Positions 22,648 through 32,893 of a stretch of DNA of 64,000 nt are shown here, piece after piece (position 1 is the stretch's first letter; every line of letters begins with the position of its first letter). Below the pieces are notes generated by a model that saw only the letters and a program-made list of their open reading frames with translations, ran no database searches and was not told where the DNA came from. The translations under genes and the position numbers were made by a program. Source of the stretch: Candidatus Bathyarchaeota archaeon (GTDB taxonomy: Archaea > Thermoproteota > Bathyarchaeia > Bathyarchaeales > Bathycorpusculaceae); the NCBI GenBank assembly GCA_963775465.1, contig CAVZIW010000001.1:64001-128000 (forward strand), given 5' to 3'.

Positions 22648-23047
22648 TTCCTTGCTGTACAAAGTTGGGCTCTTGCAACTCATCGTTTGCAACAGACAAG
22701 CAATTATCCTTTAACTGAGCTGTGCTTTTTTGTATGTTTATTTAAAAAACCATGGTGTTTACCCTTTTTTAGTTGTAAAAATTTAAATGTGAGTTTTAAT
22801 TCTTTATGCAAATAGCTCGGGGTAGTATGGGAGAATATAAGATAATTGGGGAGAGTATACTAGGTGGGTATGTCTCTACTACAAAGGATGGCTGTCTGTC
22901 ATCTATAGAATGTTCTGACGTTTTGTACAGTTTTAATGCAGAAAAATTTATATACGTTCATAGTAAAGCTTTTTGCTATAACAAGTGTAAAGTTAACTCT
23001 ACACTTAAGGCATCTTTAATGATTGCAGAAATTAGAGGAGATCATTG

Positions 23048-23389
23048 ATGGATTTAGTTATTGCAGCCATAATAGCCTTCGTGTTAATATTAGCTTCAAT
23101 ATTGGTAATTTATGGTTTAGGAAAAAGATCCGCTCCAAAAACCACTATAGGTGAAAACGAGCAAGCAGCCTACGCCTGCGGAGAAAAAGTCTCATTTCCA
23201 GGTTTAACAATAAACGTATCTCTCTACAAGTACCTAGTTTACTTTGTTGTTTTTGACACATCTGTATTGGTACTCGCTTTTGCTGCACTTGCAATAATAG
23301 AGTTTGCAAACCCGATTATTCTAATCCTTTATGTTAGCATAATACTCGCAGCTGGTCTAGTTCTACTTGACAGAGGAAAAGATGAATGA
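23048..23389 (+). CDS. NuoA-like membrane subunit
   Basis: YACGE loop, YLVYFVVFD, three TM helices; GAGGAG RBS. Confidence 0.85.
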   Translation: MDLVIAAIIAFVLILASILVIYGLGKRSAPKTTIGENEQAAYACGEKVSFPGLTINVSLYKYLVYFVVFDTSVLVLAFAALAIIEFANPIILILYVSIILAAGLVLLDRGKDE

Positions 23390-23898
23390 CTGACACAAAA
23401 ACATGGGCACGCATAAAATCTCCTTGGGTTCTTCATTTCAACTCTGGAGCCTGCAATGGGTGTGACATCGAAATCGTCGCTTTATTAACACCAAAATATG
23501 ATGTTGAACGCTTTGGAGTAAAACTTGAACCCTCACCACGTCACGCGGACGTTCTACTAGTAACAGGTTGCGTAACACAACAATGCGCTGAGCGAATGAA
23601 ACGAATCTACGACCAAATGCCGCAACCTAAATTTGTCGTTGCCATAGGTGCTTGCGCATGCAGCGGCGGCGTTTTTGAAGGTAACTATAACGTTCTTGGC
23701 GGCGTGGACAAAGTAATACCAGTTACAGCATACATACCGGGATGCCCACCACGTCCCGAGGCAATTTTGGACGGAGTGGTAAAGCTCTTAAATGCACTAA
23801 ACCCACCAAAACAAAAAAAGCCGTCCAAACAAACCGAAGTTCCAAAGCAAGAAATAAAAACAATAATTGAGGAGGCAAAACCAATTGTCAAACAATAA
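23386..23898 (+). CDS. NuoB-like / hydrogenase small subunit
   Basis: CNGCDIE, SPRHADVL, GACACSGG, PGCPPRP. Confidence 0.94.
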   Translation: MTDTKTWARIKSPWVLHFNSGACNGCDIEIVALLTPKYDVERFGVKLEPSPRHADVLLVTGCVTQQCAERMKRIYDQMPQPKFVVAIGACACSGGVFEGNYNVLGGVDKVIPVTAYIPGCPPRPEAILDGVVKLLNALNPPKQKKPSKQTEVPKQEIKTIIEEAKPIVKQ

Positions 23899-25456
23899 AA
23901 TAGACATTCTAAACGTAGTCGAGTCTAAACTCGGAAGCAAAGTCCAAATCCAACCCGGACATCTAAGCACGGGATCTATAATTGCCAACAACGGTTTGCA
24001 CCGAGAAGTCCTAAAAGCCATGATCGAAGCTGACGAAAAAACAGGCATAATCGCTATTACAGGGTTAGATCTAGGAGAAAAATTGGGTGTTTACTATCAT
24101 TTCCGTACTTCAAACGCGCTCGTTACACTTAAAGCTGAAGTACCTAAAGCAAACCCTACAATCCAAACTATAGTTGACCTTCACCCAGGCGCGGCTTTTC
24201 ATGAACTTGAAGTAACAGACCTTTTGGGCGTAATTTTCGAGGGAAACAGACCAGAGGGTCACTTTGTCTTGTCCGAATATTGGCCCCAAGGCGTTTATCC
24301 GCTAAGAAAAGACGTAAAGGCTAACGAAATTAAACTAAGTCCACCTCAGGAAACTAATAAGCCTGCAGAAGATCCACGTCAAGTTAAAATAATAATTGGT
24401 CCCCAACATCCCGCGCTGCTAGAACCTGAAAAGTTCTCTGTGACCGTAGATGGGGAAACCGTTACAAAAGTCGAACCCCGTATTGGCTATGTTCATCGCG
24501 GTATAGAAAAAGCAACTGAATCACGCACTTACCTCCAAGATGTTTACTTGGTTGAAAGAATATGTGGTATCTGCAACAGCATTCACGCAGCTGCATTCGT
24601 AGAAGCAGTGGAAAAAATAATTAAAGTAGACATTCCTCCAAGAGCAAAATATCTTCGTGTCATTGCTCTAGAACTTAACAGGTTGCACAGCCACTTGCTG
24701 ACCTTAGGCCATGCAGGATTAGAAATCGGTTATGAAACTCTTTTCCAGTATTTCTGGAGAGACCGTGAACCAATCATGGACCTTATCGAGCTAACCAGCG
24801 GTAACCGTGTCTACTCATCTTTAATGGCCGTCGGCGGAGTAAGACGAGACATCAAAAATGAAGATATCCCTAAAATTAAGTCAGTTCTAAAAACCCTTCG
24901 AGGACAATTACCTTTCTACAGACAAATTTACACAAGCGAACCAACACTGAGGCTTCGAATGAAAGATGTCGGCGTGCTTGAACGCAAAGACGCTTTAGCA
25001 TTATCAGTTGTTGGTCCAGTTGCAAGAGGCTCAGGCGTTGACATTGATGTACGTAAAGATGAACCCTATGAAGCATACGCGGAAATCCCCTTCAAAGAAA
25101 TTGTCTACAAGGACGGCGACACATGGGCAAGAATGAACGTGCGCATGGACGAAGTAGAAGAAAGTATAAACATCATTGAATACGCAGTTGACCATCTGCC
25201 TTCAGGCCCTATCAAACTTAACCTTCCACGTTCAGTTCCCGCAGGTGAAGCCGTAAACCGAGTAGAAGCTCCCAGAGGTGAACTTTTCTACTACGTTAAA
25301 GCAAACGGAACCGACAAGCCAGATCGCGTAAAAGTTAGAACTCCAACATTTGCTAACCTGCCATCCTTCCTAAAGACAGCTATAGGTGAAAGCATCGCTG
25401 ATGTCCCCGCAAACTTTGTTAGCTTAGACCCATGCTTCTCATGCACTGATCGGTGA
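23885..25456 (+). CDS. Fused NuoC + [NiFe]-hydrogenase large subunit (group 4)
   Basis: NuoC part (ELEVTDLLG, YPLRKD); L1 ERICGICNSIH and L2 DPCFSCTDR at the extreme C-terminus; GGAGG then TTG at 23885. Confidence 0.93.
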   Translation: MSNNKIDILNVVESKLGSKVQIQPGHLSTGSIIANNGLHREVLKAMIEADEKTGIIAITGLDLGEKLGVYYHFRTSNALVTLKAEVPKANPTIQTIVDLHPGAAFHELEVTDLLGVIFEGNRPEGHFVLSEYWPQGVYPLRKDVKANEIKLSPPQETNKPAEDPRQVKIIIGPQHPALLEPEKFSVTVDGETVTKVEPRIGYVHRGIEKATESRTYLQDVYLVERICGICNSIHAAAFVEAVEKIIKVDIPPRAKYLRVIALELNRLHSHLLTLGHAGLEIGYETLFQYFWRDREPIMDLIELTSGNRVYSSLMAVGGVRRDIKNEDIPKIKSVLKTLRGQLPFYRQIYTSEPTLRLRMKDVGVLERKDALALSVVGPVARGSGVDIDVRKDEPYEAYAEIPFKEIVYKDGDTWARMNVRMDEVEESINIIEYAVDHLPSGPIKLNLPRSVPAGEAVNRVEAPRGELFYYVKANGTDKPDRVKVRTPTFANLPSFLKTAIGESIADVPANFVSLDPCFSCTDR

Positions 25457-25463
25457 TAGTCCG

Positions 25464-26477
25464 ATGATCGACTATCTCTTACTCATTTTTCGAATTCTAG
25501 TTTTCCCAGGATTCACATTCATTTTACTGTTAACATTATTCTGTGACTGGATAGAACGAAAAATAGAAGCCCGAATACAAAACCGCGTCGGACCTATGGT
25601 AGCTGGTCCAGCAGGTATACTCCAGCCCTTAGCAGACTTCATTAAACTATTAACCAAGGAAGATATCGAACCAAGAGAAGCAAAAAAACTCGTTTTTCGG
25701 TATGCTCCTTTGTTGGCGCTTGCAATTATGTTTTTTGCTTTTTGCTTCCTACCGATTGACGGCGGGAGTGTACTATCCTTTGGATCAAGTGTAGGTGGAT
25801 TTAACGGTGACTTGATAATTATCTTGGCGTTTGCAACAATTGCAAACTTTTTGTTGTTCCTAGCCGGTTGGGCATCATGTAATCCATATGGTATGATAGG
25901 TTCAGCCAGAGTTTTAACCCAGTTTCTCGGTTATGATATTCCGCTCTTTTTGCTTGCATTAACTCCTGCATTTATCGCTGGAAGCCTACAAATAGCAAAC
26001 ATAGCTTCAGCTCAAGCAACCACGTTTCTGCCTTTCATATTTTTGGCGCCTTGGGCATTTGTAATGTTTGTCATAACTATGCAAGCCGAACTTGAAAAAG
26101 ATCCCTTTGATGTACCTCATTCTGAAAGCGAACTTGTCGGAGGATTAGAAACCGAATACACAGGTGCAAAACTTGCCTTCCTTCATCTTACACGTGATGT
26201 GCAAATTGTCTTCGGCTCAGCGTTAGTCGTAGAATTATTCCTTGGAGGACCATATGGGCCTGTATTTTTTGGTCCATCATGGATCTGGTACAGCCTTTGG
26301 TTTGTTCTCAAAGTAATCGGAGTTGTACTGATATCTGAATACATTACAACTGTGGTTGCCCGTTTCCGAATTGACCAAGTGCTTTCCGGTAACTGGCGAA
26401 TCTTGCTGCCTGCATCCCTGATTTCACTGATCTTAACCGTTGCTTTAGTAACATGGGTTTATCCATTATTGGTGTAA
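25464..26477 (+). CDS. NuoH-like membrane subunit
   Basis: ERKIEARIQNRVGP, QPLADFIKLLTKE, PFDVPHSESELVGG. Confidence 0.94.
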   Translation: MIDYLLLIFRILVFPGFTFILLLTLFCDWIERKIEARIQNRVGPMVAGPAGILQPLADFIKLLTKEDIEPREAKKLVFRYAPLLALAIMFFAFCFLPIDGGSVLSFGSSVGGFNGDLIIILAFATIANFLLFLAGWASCNPYGMIGSARVLTQFLGYDIPLFLLALTPAFIAGSLQIANIASAQATTFLPFIFLAPWAFVMFVITMQAELEKDPFDVPHSESELVGGLETEYTGAKLAFLHLTRDVQIVFGSALVVELFLGGPYGPVFFGPSWIWYSLWFVLKVIGVVLISEYITTVVARFRIDQVLSGNWRILLPASLISLILTVALVTWVYPLLV

Positions 26478-26482
26478 CAAAA

Positions 26483-26935
26483 ATGGCAAAGAAACGAAGT
26501 ATATCTCCAATATTCAAACGTGCTGCATCCCACATATTCACAAAACCTGCAACAACAAAGTATCCTTTCGTTAAACCTCACCTGCCTGATGATGCTCGAG
26601 GTGAGCCGATGTATGAGATTAAGGCATGCAACATTATCGACATAGGATCAGGTAATTCTGTAGGATTAAGCATAGATGTTAGATCTATAGTTGGATCTAG
26701 CTGTAGAGTTTGTGCAAGGGATTGTCCTACAGGCGCGATCCAAATAGTTCAAGTTGAAGGTAAGGGTCGTCCACAAATTAATCTAAACAAATGCATATTT
26801 TGTCATCAATGTGTCGAAACATGTCCGAGGCATGCAATTAAAGCCTCAGATCTGTACGAGTTAGCAACAACTGACAAGTCTTGCTTAATTATGAAACCTA
26901 ATGTTCAAACTGAACCCAAGGAGACATCAAAATGA
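26483..26935 (+). CDS. NuoI-like ferredoxin subunit
   Basis: PATTKYP, CRVCARDCP and CIFCHQCVETCP; ATG of MAKKR taken as start. Confidence 0.88.
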   Translation: MAKKRSISPIFKRAASHIFTKPATTKYPFVKPHLPDDARGEPMYEIKACNIIDIGSGNSVGLSIDVRSIVGSSCRVCARDCPTGAIQIVQVEGKGRPQINLNKCIFCHQCVETCPRHAIKASDLYELATTDKSCLIMKPNVQTEPKETSK

Positions 26936-27396
26936 TATTTGAAATTCTAGCTGTCGGATTGCTTATCTCCGTAATGTTAGCTTTGTTTCTTGACGAAGTT
27001 GTCTACTCTGTAGCAGCTCTTGCAGGAACCTTCCTATTCACGGCTTTAATTTATTATATTGATGGTGCGATTTACGCTGCAATTTTTCAGTTTGCTGTAG
27101 GAATAGGTACTTTGGCAGTTCTTTTCTTGTCAGGAGAAATGTTAGGTGATAAGCCAGTCAAGAAAACTTCGCCTACTCGTTTTGGCTTTTTGGTCGGTGT
27201 CGGAGTTTTGTTGTCATTACCCGCAATTTTTATATCAATTTCAGGTCCAGCAGGCATACCCTCTGATTTGACACTTGGAGATGCCTTATGGAATGTAAGA
27301 GGTCTTGACGTTGTTTTGCAAGCAATTGTTGTATTTACTATAGCGCTTGGAATTGGTATTGTTTTATATCAAAAAAACAGGAAGGGCCGAGCGTAA
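26932..27396 (+). CDS. NuoJ-like membrane subunit
   Basis: Hydrophobic, LGDALWNVRGLDV; position in operon. Confidence 0.78.
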   Translation: MIFEILAVGLLISVMLALFLDEVVYSVAALAGTFLFTALIYYIDGAIYAAIFQFAVGIGTLAVLFLSGEMLGDKPVKKTSPTRFGFLVGVGVLLSLPAIFISISGPAGIPSDLTLGDALWNVRGLDVVLQAIVVFTIALGIGIVLYQKNRKGRA

Positions 27397-27710
27397 TGGA
27401 CTTTGTTATATTAGCAATAGTTATGTTGGCACTGGGTATCTACGGTCTATTAACAAATCGTCAACTTCTAAAAGTCTTTATATCCCTCGAATTAATCGCG
27501 ACAGCTGCCACTTTGAACTTTGTTTTGTTGGCATCAAACCTAAACTTGGGTCAAGCCTTCCTAATCTTAGCATTCTCTACAGACACTGTTCTCAGTGGAG
27601 TAATCTTAGCTGTACTAGTCATAGTATCAAAACGATACGGGACAAGCGACATGGGCAAAATCGTAAAGTTGATGCAGGAAAAAAAGGAAACTGAGGTCGA
27701 CAAACAATGA
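27396..27710 (+). CDS. NuoK-like membrane subunit
   Basis: LGIYGLLTNR, SLELI, three TM helices. Confidence 0.85.
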   Translation: MDFVILAIVMLALGIYGLLTNRQLLKVFISLELIATAATLNFVLLASNLNLGQAFLILAFSTDTVLSGVILAVLVIVSKRYGTSDMGKIVKLMQEKKETEVDKQ

Positions 27711-29638
27711 TCGAAGAATTCTCAGCATGGCTCGTCTGGGTTATTCCCCTTCTAGCCAGTTTATTCGTACCCCTTATAGGAAAATACAATGAGAAAATCC
27801 GCAATTATTTCGTTGTTGCAATCGCTGCTTTAACGGCTGCATTGGCGTTGTCTTTGGTTCCTGCTGTCTGGTCAGGAAACGGAGAAGCCTTAACAACCAA
27901 CCCATTAAGCTGGATTCCTGGCATTACCGGCATCAGTGCAGGTGTCTACATCGATCCCCTAAGTGTTCTCTTCACCTGTCTAATCGGTTTCTTTGCATTA
28001 GTTATTGCGGTCTACTCCATAGGTTACATGAAAGGGGAAGAGGGTCTATCCAGATACTACTATCTAATCTTACTCTTCATCGGATCAATGATTGGCTTAG
28101 TCCTCGCAGACAACATGCTGCAAATGTTCATCTTCTGGGAAATGGTCGGCTTATGTTCATACGCCCTAATCTCTTTCTGGTACAAAAAACCTGAGTCAAT
28201 CCGCGCAGGCGTTAAAGTCTTCATAATGACCAGGATCGGAGACATCGCTTTACTTGCTGCCATCGGTTTGCTATTCTTGATGTTTAATACTCTTAGCTTC
28301 CGAGGCATAATCGCTGGAATTCAAGCAGGCGGATTTAACATGGACTACATGGTTGCAGTTGCTTTCCTTGTTTTGGGAGGTGCGATCGCAAAGTCCGCTC
28401 AGTTACCATTGTTCACTTGGCTCTATAGCGCAATGGAAGCTCCAACTTCAGTGAGCGCACTTTTACACGCGGCTACGATGGTCAAAGCAGGGGTCTACCT
28501 TCTTGCGAGGTTTATTCTCATAATTTCAGTTGCGCCAGCCATAATTACTGCACTGATGCCTTATTGGTTCCCTGTGGTAACTTGGATAGGCGTTTTAACA
28601 GCCTTAGTTGGGGCTTCATTAGCGCTTACAACTACTGACATTAAAGGAGTTCTCGCCTACTCAACCGTTAGCCAAATCGGTTTTATGATGTCAGCTTTAG
28701 GTGCAGCTGCAACTACTGGGGGATTAATAGGCGAAGGTTGGTTCGCAAGCTTATACCATATGGTTAGTCACGCCTTCTTTGAAGGCCTCGGATTCTTACT
28801 TGCAGGAGGCATAATACATGCAATCGGTACTCGAGACATGCGCTTAATGGGTGGGCTTCGAAAACTGATGCCGACTACTTTTATCCTAATGGGTATAATG
28901 ATAATTACCACCAGCGGGTTACCGCCGTTTGCAGCGTTTTTCAGCAAAGGTTTAATCATTACTAGTGTAACTGGCATTGAAACCTTAGCAGGTTTGGTTC
29001 AAGTGATAATTCTCTACGGTACAGCAGCGTTAACTTTCGCTTATTGTGTGCGTATGTTCAGCTTAGCGTTTATGGCACCAAAAACTGAACACATCGTAAA
29101 ACAGCGTGTTCACGAAGCACCAAAAGTCATGCTGATCCCCGCCGCAATCCTCGCAGGACTTTGCATAGTGTGGGGTCTAGCTGAGCCATTAGTTGCCAGT
29201 TTTATGCATATCGAACTGGCTGAAGGTTTAGTAGGTGCTTTCCTAAATATTGAAACACCCATATTCCTATTATTGCTAGTTCCCACAGGACTCATCGCAT
29301 ATTACACATACTACAAAGGCTACAAAACCGTCAGAAACCTGGCAGGCACCAAAAACCCTCTCTCCACAATCCTAAATCACGCATTCTTCTTCGACGACCT
29401 ATATAGTGCAGTCACCAAAGGTTTAACCCGATTTTCAGAAGGGTTAACCCGAGTAGAAAACACTTTGTTTGCGCGTTATCCTGACTCTGCAGGAACATCC
29501 ATCAGTGAAGCAGCAGAACCTGGTAAAGCAACAACCCTCAAAAGAGGTCCATCAGACTCGTTTAGGAACTATGTTGCAGCTGCAGTTGTTGGCTTCATAC
29601 TAATCATAGTTTTGATAATCATAACCTCAGGAGTGTAA
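27707..29638 (+). CDS. NuoL-like antiporter subunit
   Basis: WEMVGLCSY, TRIGD, KSAQLP, AMEAPTSVSALLHAATMV. Confidence 0.94.
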   Translation: MIEEFSAWLVWVIPLLASLFVPLIGKYNEKIRNYFVVAIAALTAALALSLVPAVWSGNGEALTTNPLSWIPGITGISAGVYIDPLSVLFTCLIGFFALVIAVYSIGYMKGEEGLSRYYYLILLFIGSMIGLVLADNMLQMFIFWEMVGLCSYALISFWYKKPESIRAGVKVFIMTRIGDIALLAAIGLLFLMFNTLSFRGIIAGIQAGGFNMDYMVAVAFLVLGGAIAKSAQLPLFTWLYSAMEAPTSVSALLHAATMVKAGVYLLARFILIISVAPAIITALMPYWFPVVTWIGVLTALVGASLALTTTDIKGVLAYSTVSQIGFMMSALGAAATTGGLIGEGWFASLYHMVSHAFFEGLGFLLAGGIIHAIGTRDMRLMGGLRKLMPTTFILMGIMIITTSGLPPFAAFFSKGLIITSVTGIETLAGLVQVIILYGTAALTFAYCVRMFSLAFMAPKTEHIVKQRVHEAPKVMLIPAAILAGLCIVWGLAEPLVASFMHIELAEGLVGAFLNIETPIFLLLLVPTGLIAYYTYYKGYKTVRNLAGTKNPLSTILNHAFFFDDLYSAVTKGLTRFSEGLTRVENTLFARYPDSAGTSISEAAEPGKATTLKRGPSDSFRNYVAAAVVGFILIIVLIIITSGV

Positions 29639-29640
29639 AA

Positions 29641-31227
29641 ATGTCGCTACCAATATTACTAGCAGTATTCGCTATACCTTCAATAAGCATCCCATTCGTC
29701 TACTTTACAGGAAAAAAATCGCCTAAGGCAGCAGCTTTTTTCGTTGCCCTAATCGCGCTAATCAACATTGCTTTAGTGATGTCTACAATTCCAGCTATAT
29801 TGTCGAATGGTTCTTATGCTGAATCTTACACTTGGATTCCAACAATCCTCAACACTGAATTTACTCTTTATTTGGACGGGATAAGCGCCTCTGTAGCGCT
29901 AATCAGCTTGGTGCTTATGTTTGTCGCTTCAATATTCTCCATAAATTACATGGAAGGAAAAAAGAACTTAGCATCATACTATGCTTTGCTTTGCATGCTA
30001 AGCGTGGGCTTAGTCGGGGTTTTCCTAACCAGCAACCTTATACTATTCTACTTCTGCTGGGAACTTATGCTTGTACCCGCCTACTTCATAGTGGGAGAAT
30101 GGGGCTATCGGAACGCATACAAATCTGCCTTTAAACTCTTCATATTTACCCATGCAGGCGCAGTCTTTGTGCTCTTAGGGATCGGAGCAATCTATTACCT
30201 AACAGGTTACACTGATATGTTTCAAGCCCAAACTGCCTTAATGACAGCGGCTCCAGATATCATTAAATGGGTTCTAATTGCGCTAACAGCAGGATTTGCT
30301 GTTAAGATGGCTGTTTTTCCAGTACACATGTGGCTACCCGATGCTCACTCTGAAGCACCTGCCCCAATGTCTGCTCTTCTAAGTGGCGTTATAATCAGCG
30401 CTGGAGCTTACGCAATTCTAAGATTATCCTTTGGCATTGTATTTCCCGCAGTTGGGGTAGCATTCGGAACAGATTTTCTGCATTCCTTGGCAATAGTGGG
30501 AATCATTACTGCCTTCTTTGGATCACTTCTCTCTCTTGTTGCAACTGACATAAAACGTGTCATAGCATACTCGAGCATCGCTCACATGGGCTACATAATG
30601 TTTGGGCTCTCCCTCTTCCCAGTTGCATTAGCAACAGGTAACTCTGTACTCTTAGCCTCAGCGTCGGCAATTGCAATTGTCGGAACAGTTCTACACATTA
30701 TTACTCATGCAGCAAGCAAAGGTCTTTTCTTCCTTACTGCAGGTGGTGTTATGCATCAAACTGAGCAAAGAGACATACGCAAAATGGGTGGCTTAGCTGG
30801 AAAAATGCCTTTCTCAGCAGTTTCCGGAACCATAGCAGCATTAAGTATTTCCGGGGCTCCACCGTTTGCTTGCTTTATCAGTGAATTTCTTATCTTTGTT
30901 GGCGCCTTCCAAATTATGAAAGCCGACACATTCTACATTATCCCCACGGCGTTGATGCTGATTGCAACTGTATTCTCACTAGCTTACTCTTTGAGATTCA
31001 TTTCTAAAGTGTTCCTTGGAGCATCAAAAGATGAACCAGGCGCCGAGGAGGCTCATAAAACTCTCGCAGAACATATTAAAGCAGAAGCCCACAAAATTGT
31101 TGACGTACCAAGCTACATGAAGGCTTCGTTGGCTATCTTGGTAGTTCTGGTTGTGCTTATCGGGATCTACCCGGCGTTCTTTATGAATCTAATACAAACA
31201 GTGCAATTCGGAGAGCCAGTTGGTTAG
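29641..31227 (+). CDS. NuoM-like antiporter subunit
   Basis: WELMLVP, VKMAVFPVHMWLPDAHSEAP, DIKRVIAYSS. Confidence 0.94.
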   Translation: MSLPILLAVFAIPSISIPFVYFTGKKSPKAAAFFVALIALINIALVMSTIPAILSNGSYAESYTWIPTILNTEFTLYLDGISASVALISLVLMFVASIFSINYMEGKKNLASYYALLCMLSVGLVGVFLTSNLILFYFCWELMLVPAYFIVGEWGYRNAYKSAFKLFIFTHAGAVFVLLGIGAIYYLTGYTDMFQAQTALMTAAPDIIKWVLIALTAGFAVKMAVFPVHMWLPDAHSEAPAPMSALLSGVIISAGAYAILRLSFGIVFPAVGVAFGTDFLHSLAIVGIITAFFGSLLSLVATDIKRVIAYSSIAHMGYIMFGLSLFPVALATGNSVLLASASAIAIVGTVLHIITHAASKGLFFLTAGGVMHQTEQRDIRKMGGLAGKMPFSAVSGTIAALSISGAPPFACFISEFLIFVGAFQIMKADTFYIIPTALMLIATVFSLAYSLRFISKVFLGASKDEPGAEEAHKTLAEHIKAEAHKIVDVPSYMKASLAILVVLVVLIGIYPAFFMNLIQTVQFGEPVG

Positions 31228-31245
31228 GAGAATAGGTGAAGAATA

Positions 31246-32748
31246 ATGGTACAAATAATCGACATAATATTGCCCGTACTTTCTCTGGTGATCGCATCAC
31301 TACTTACACTTCCTGTTTTTAGAGTAATACGAAAAAGTACCCATAAAACAGCCTTAACTCTGGCTTGGGTTGTTGTTTCCATAGGTATAGCAAGCTTAGC
31401 CGTCATCAACTTGGCAATAGGCTACTATAGCACGGTTAATCCAACTTCATTAAACCTAGCCATAGATGGTACTACTTCAACTGCCATAACCAGCAGTTTT
31501 CTCATAGACGCGATATCTATTTTTATGGCGATAATTATCGTAGCAACAGCTGCAGTTGTGCTCATCTACACGGTGTTTTTTGTCAACTTAAACGAACGCC
31601 CTTCCGATCGATATATAGCAATCATGTTAATGCTGACAGCAGCTATTCTTGGAGCAGTCCTCGCAGGCGACCTTTTAACATTCTTCATCTTCTGGGAAGC
31701 CGCAACTGCCGCAGCAGTGTTCTTAATCTTGTACAAAAAGAACGCCTTCAGCCTAAACGCTACACTGAAGTACATGGTGATGGTCATAATTGCGTCAGCC
31801 TTCGTATTAATGGGTCTTTCAATTGTATACGGTATAACTGGCAGCCTCAACTATATCGCAGTTAGAGACGCATTGGGCGTAATAACTTCCTCCCAACAAA
31901 ATCTTCTCATCATTGCATTCATCTTCATTGCGGCTGGATACGCAATTGAAGCTGCAGTTGTTCCTTTCCACTTCTGGCTTCCAGATGCATATACTGCAGC
32001 GCCAGCACCCTCAGCAGCATTCCTATCTGCACTTGTTGACCAAGGCAGCTACTATATCCTTATCAGAATATTACTTTTCATAGTTCTTCCCTCATCAACG
32101 TTGGATTGGACGATTATGTTAGCCATCCTCGCGGCTCTAACCATGATTGTAGGAAACGTATTCGCCCTAATCCAAAACGACATTAAACGCCTTATCGCGT
32201 ACATATGCGTCGCAGACGTTGGCTACAACCTAGTTGCAATTGCCAGCTGGCAAACACAATTAGGCATCGCAGGCAACCTCTACTTCTTCCTAATTGGCGG
32301 CTTAACTACTGCTTTGGCGTTCATGGTTATCGGAGTCATCAATAAGCATGGCATTAAAACACTCAATGACTTCGCAGGCTTAGGAAAAAAAATGCCTCTG
32401 GCATGCATAGCCTTAGTCATCGCAGGTTTATCCTTTGCTGGAGTTCCACCACTCGGAGGATTCGTAGGCAAATATCTCGTATTCACTGCAGCTATAAGCT
32501 CAAACCTTAGTTGGCTAGCAATCATAGGAGTATTAACAAGCGTGCTCCAAACCGCATACATTTTCCGCCTTATGAACGTCATGTACGGAAAGAAACCCAA
32601 AGACGAAAGCCCCATAAAAGAAAACAAACATCTTCTCATCCCGATCTTCATGCTCGTAGCAGCAATCTTCATCCTCGGGCTATTCCCAGACATGGTGTTG
32701 CAACTCATAAAACCAGTCATGAATCAACTACCCTACATAATACCATAG
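31246..32748 (+). CDS. NuoN-like antiporter subunit
   Basis: PFHFWLPDAY, DIKRLIAY, GVPPLGGFVGK. Confidence 0.92.
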   Translation: MVQIIDIILPVLSLVIASLLTLPVFRVIRKSTHKTALTLAWVVVSIGIASLAVINLAIGYYSTVNPTSLNLAIDGTTSTAITSSFLIDAISIFMAIIIVATAAVVLIYTVFFVNLNERPSDRYIAIMLMLTAAILGAVLAGDLLTFFIFWEAATAAAVFLILYKKNAFSLNATLKYMVMVIIASAFVLMGLSIVYGITGSLNYIAVRDALGVITSSQQNLLIIAFIFIAAGYAIEAAVVPFHFWLPDAYTAAPAPSAAFLSALVDQGSYYILIRILLFIVLPSSTLDWTIMLAILAALTMIVGNVFALIQNDIKRLIAYICVADVGYNLVAIASWQTQLGIAGNLYFFLIGGLTTALAFMVIGVINKHGIKTLNDFAGLGKKMPLACIALVIAGLSFAGVPPLGGFVGKYLVFTAAISSNLSWLAIIGVLTSVLQTAYIFRLMNVMYGKKPKDESPIKENKHLLIPIFMLVAAIFILGLFPDMVLQLIKPVMNQLPYIIP

Positions 32749-32893
32749 CATCTCCTTCTTTTGGCAGCCTTATTTTTTCTTCTGCCAAAATTGAAATTAT
32801 CGAGATGGCGAGGTCAATTTGAAAAACCTAAATTGTTTAATTTAAAATTTTTTAGAAAGTATAGTTGGGATAGTTCGCCAAATAAGACGAACT

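Noticed and set aside
22806-23048. 80-aa ORF upstream of the hydrogenase operon
   Set aside because: No motif, and it spans the likely promoter region (TTTATATA near 22947); probably spurious
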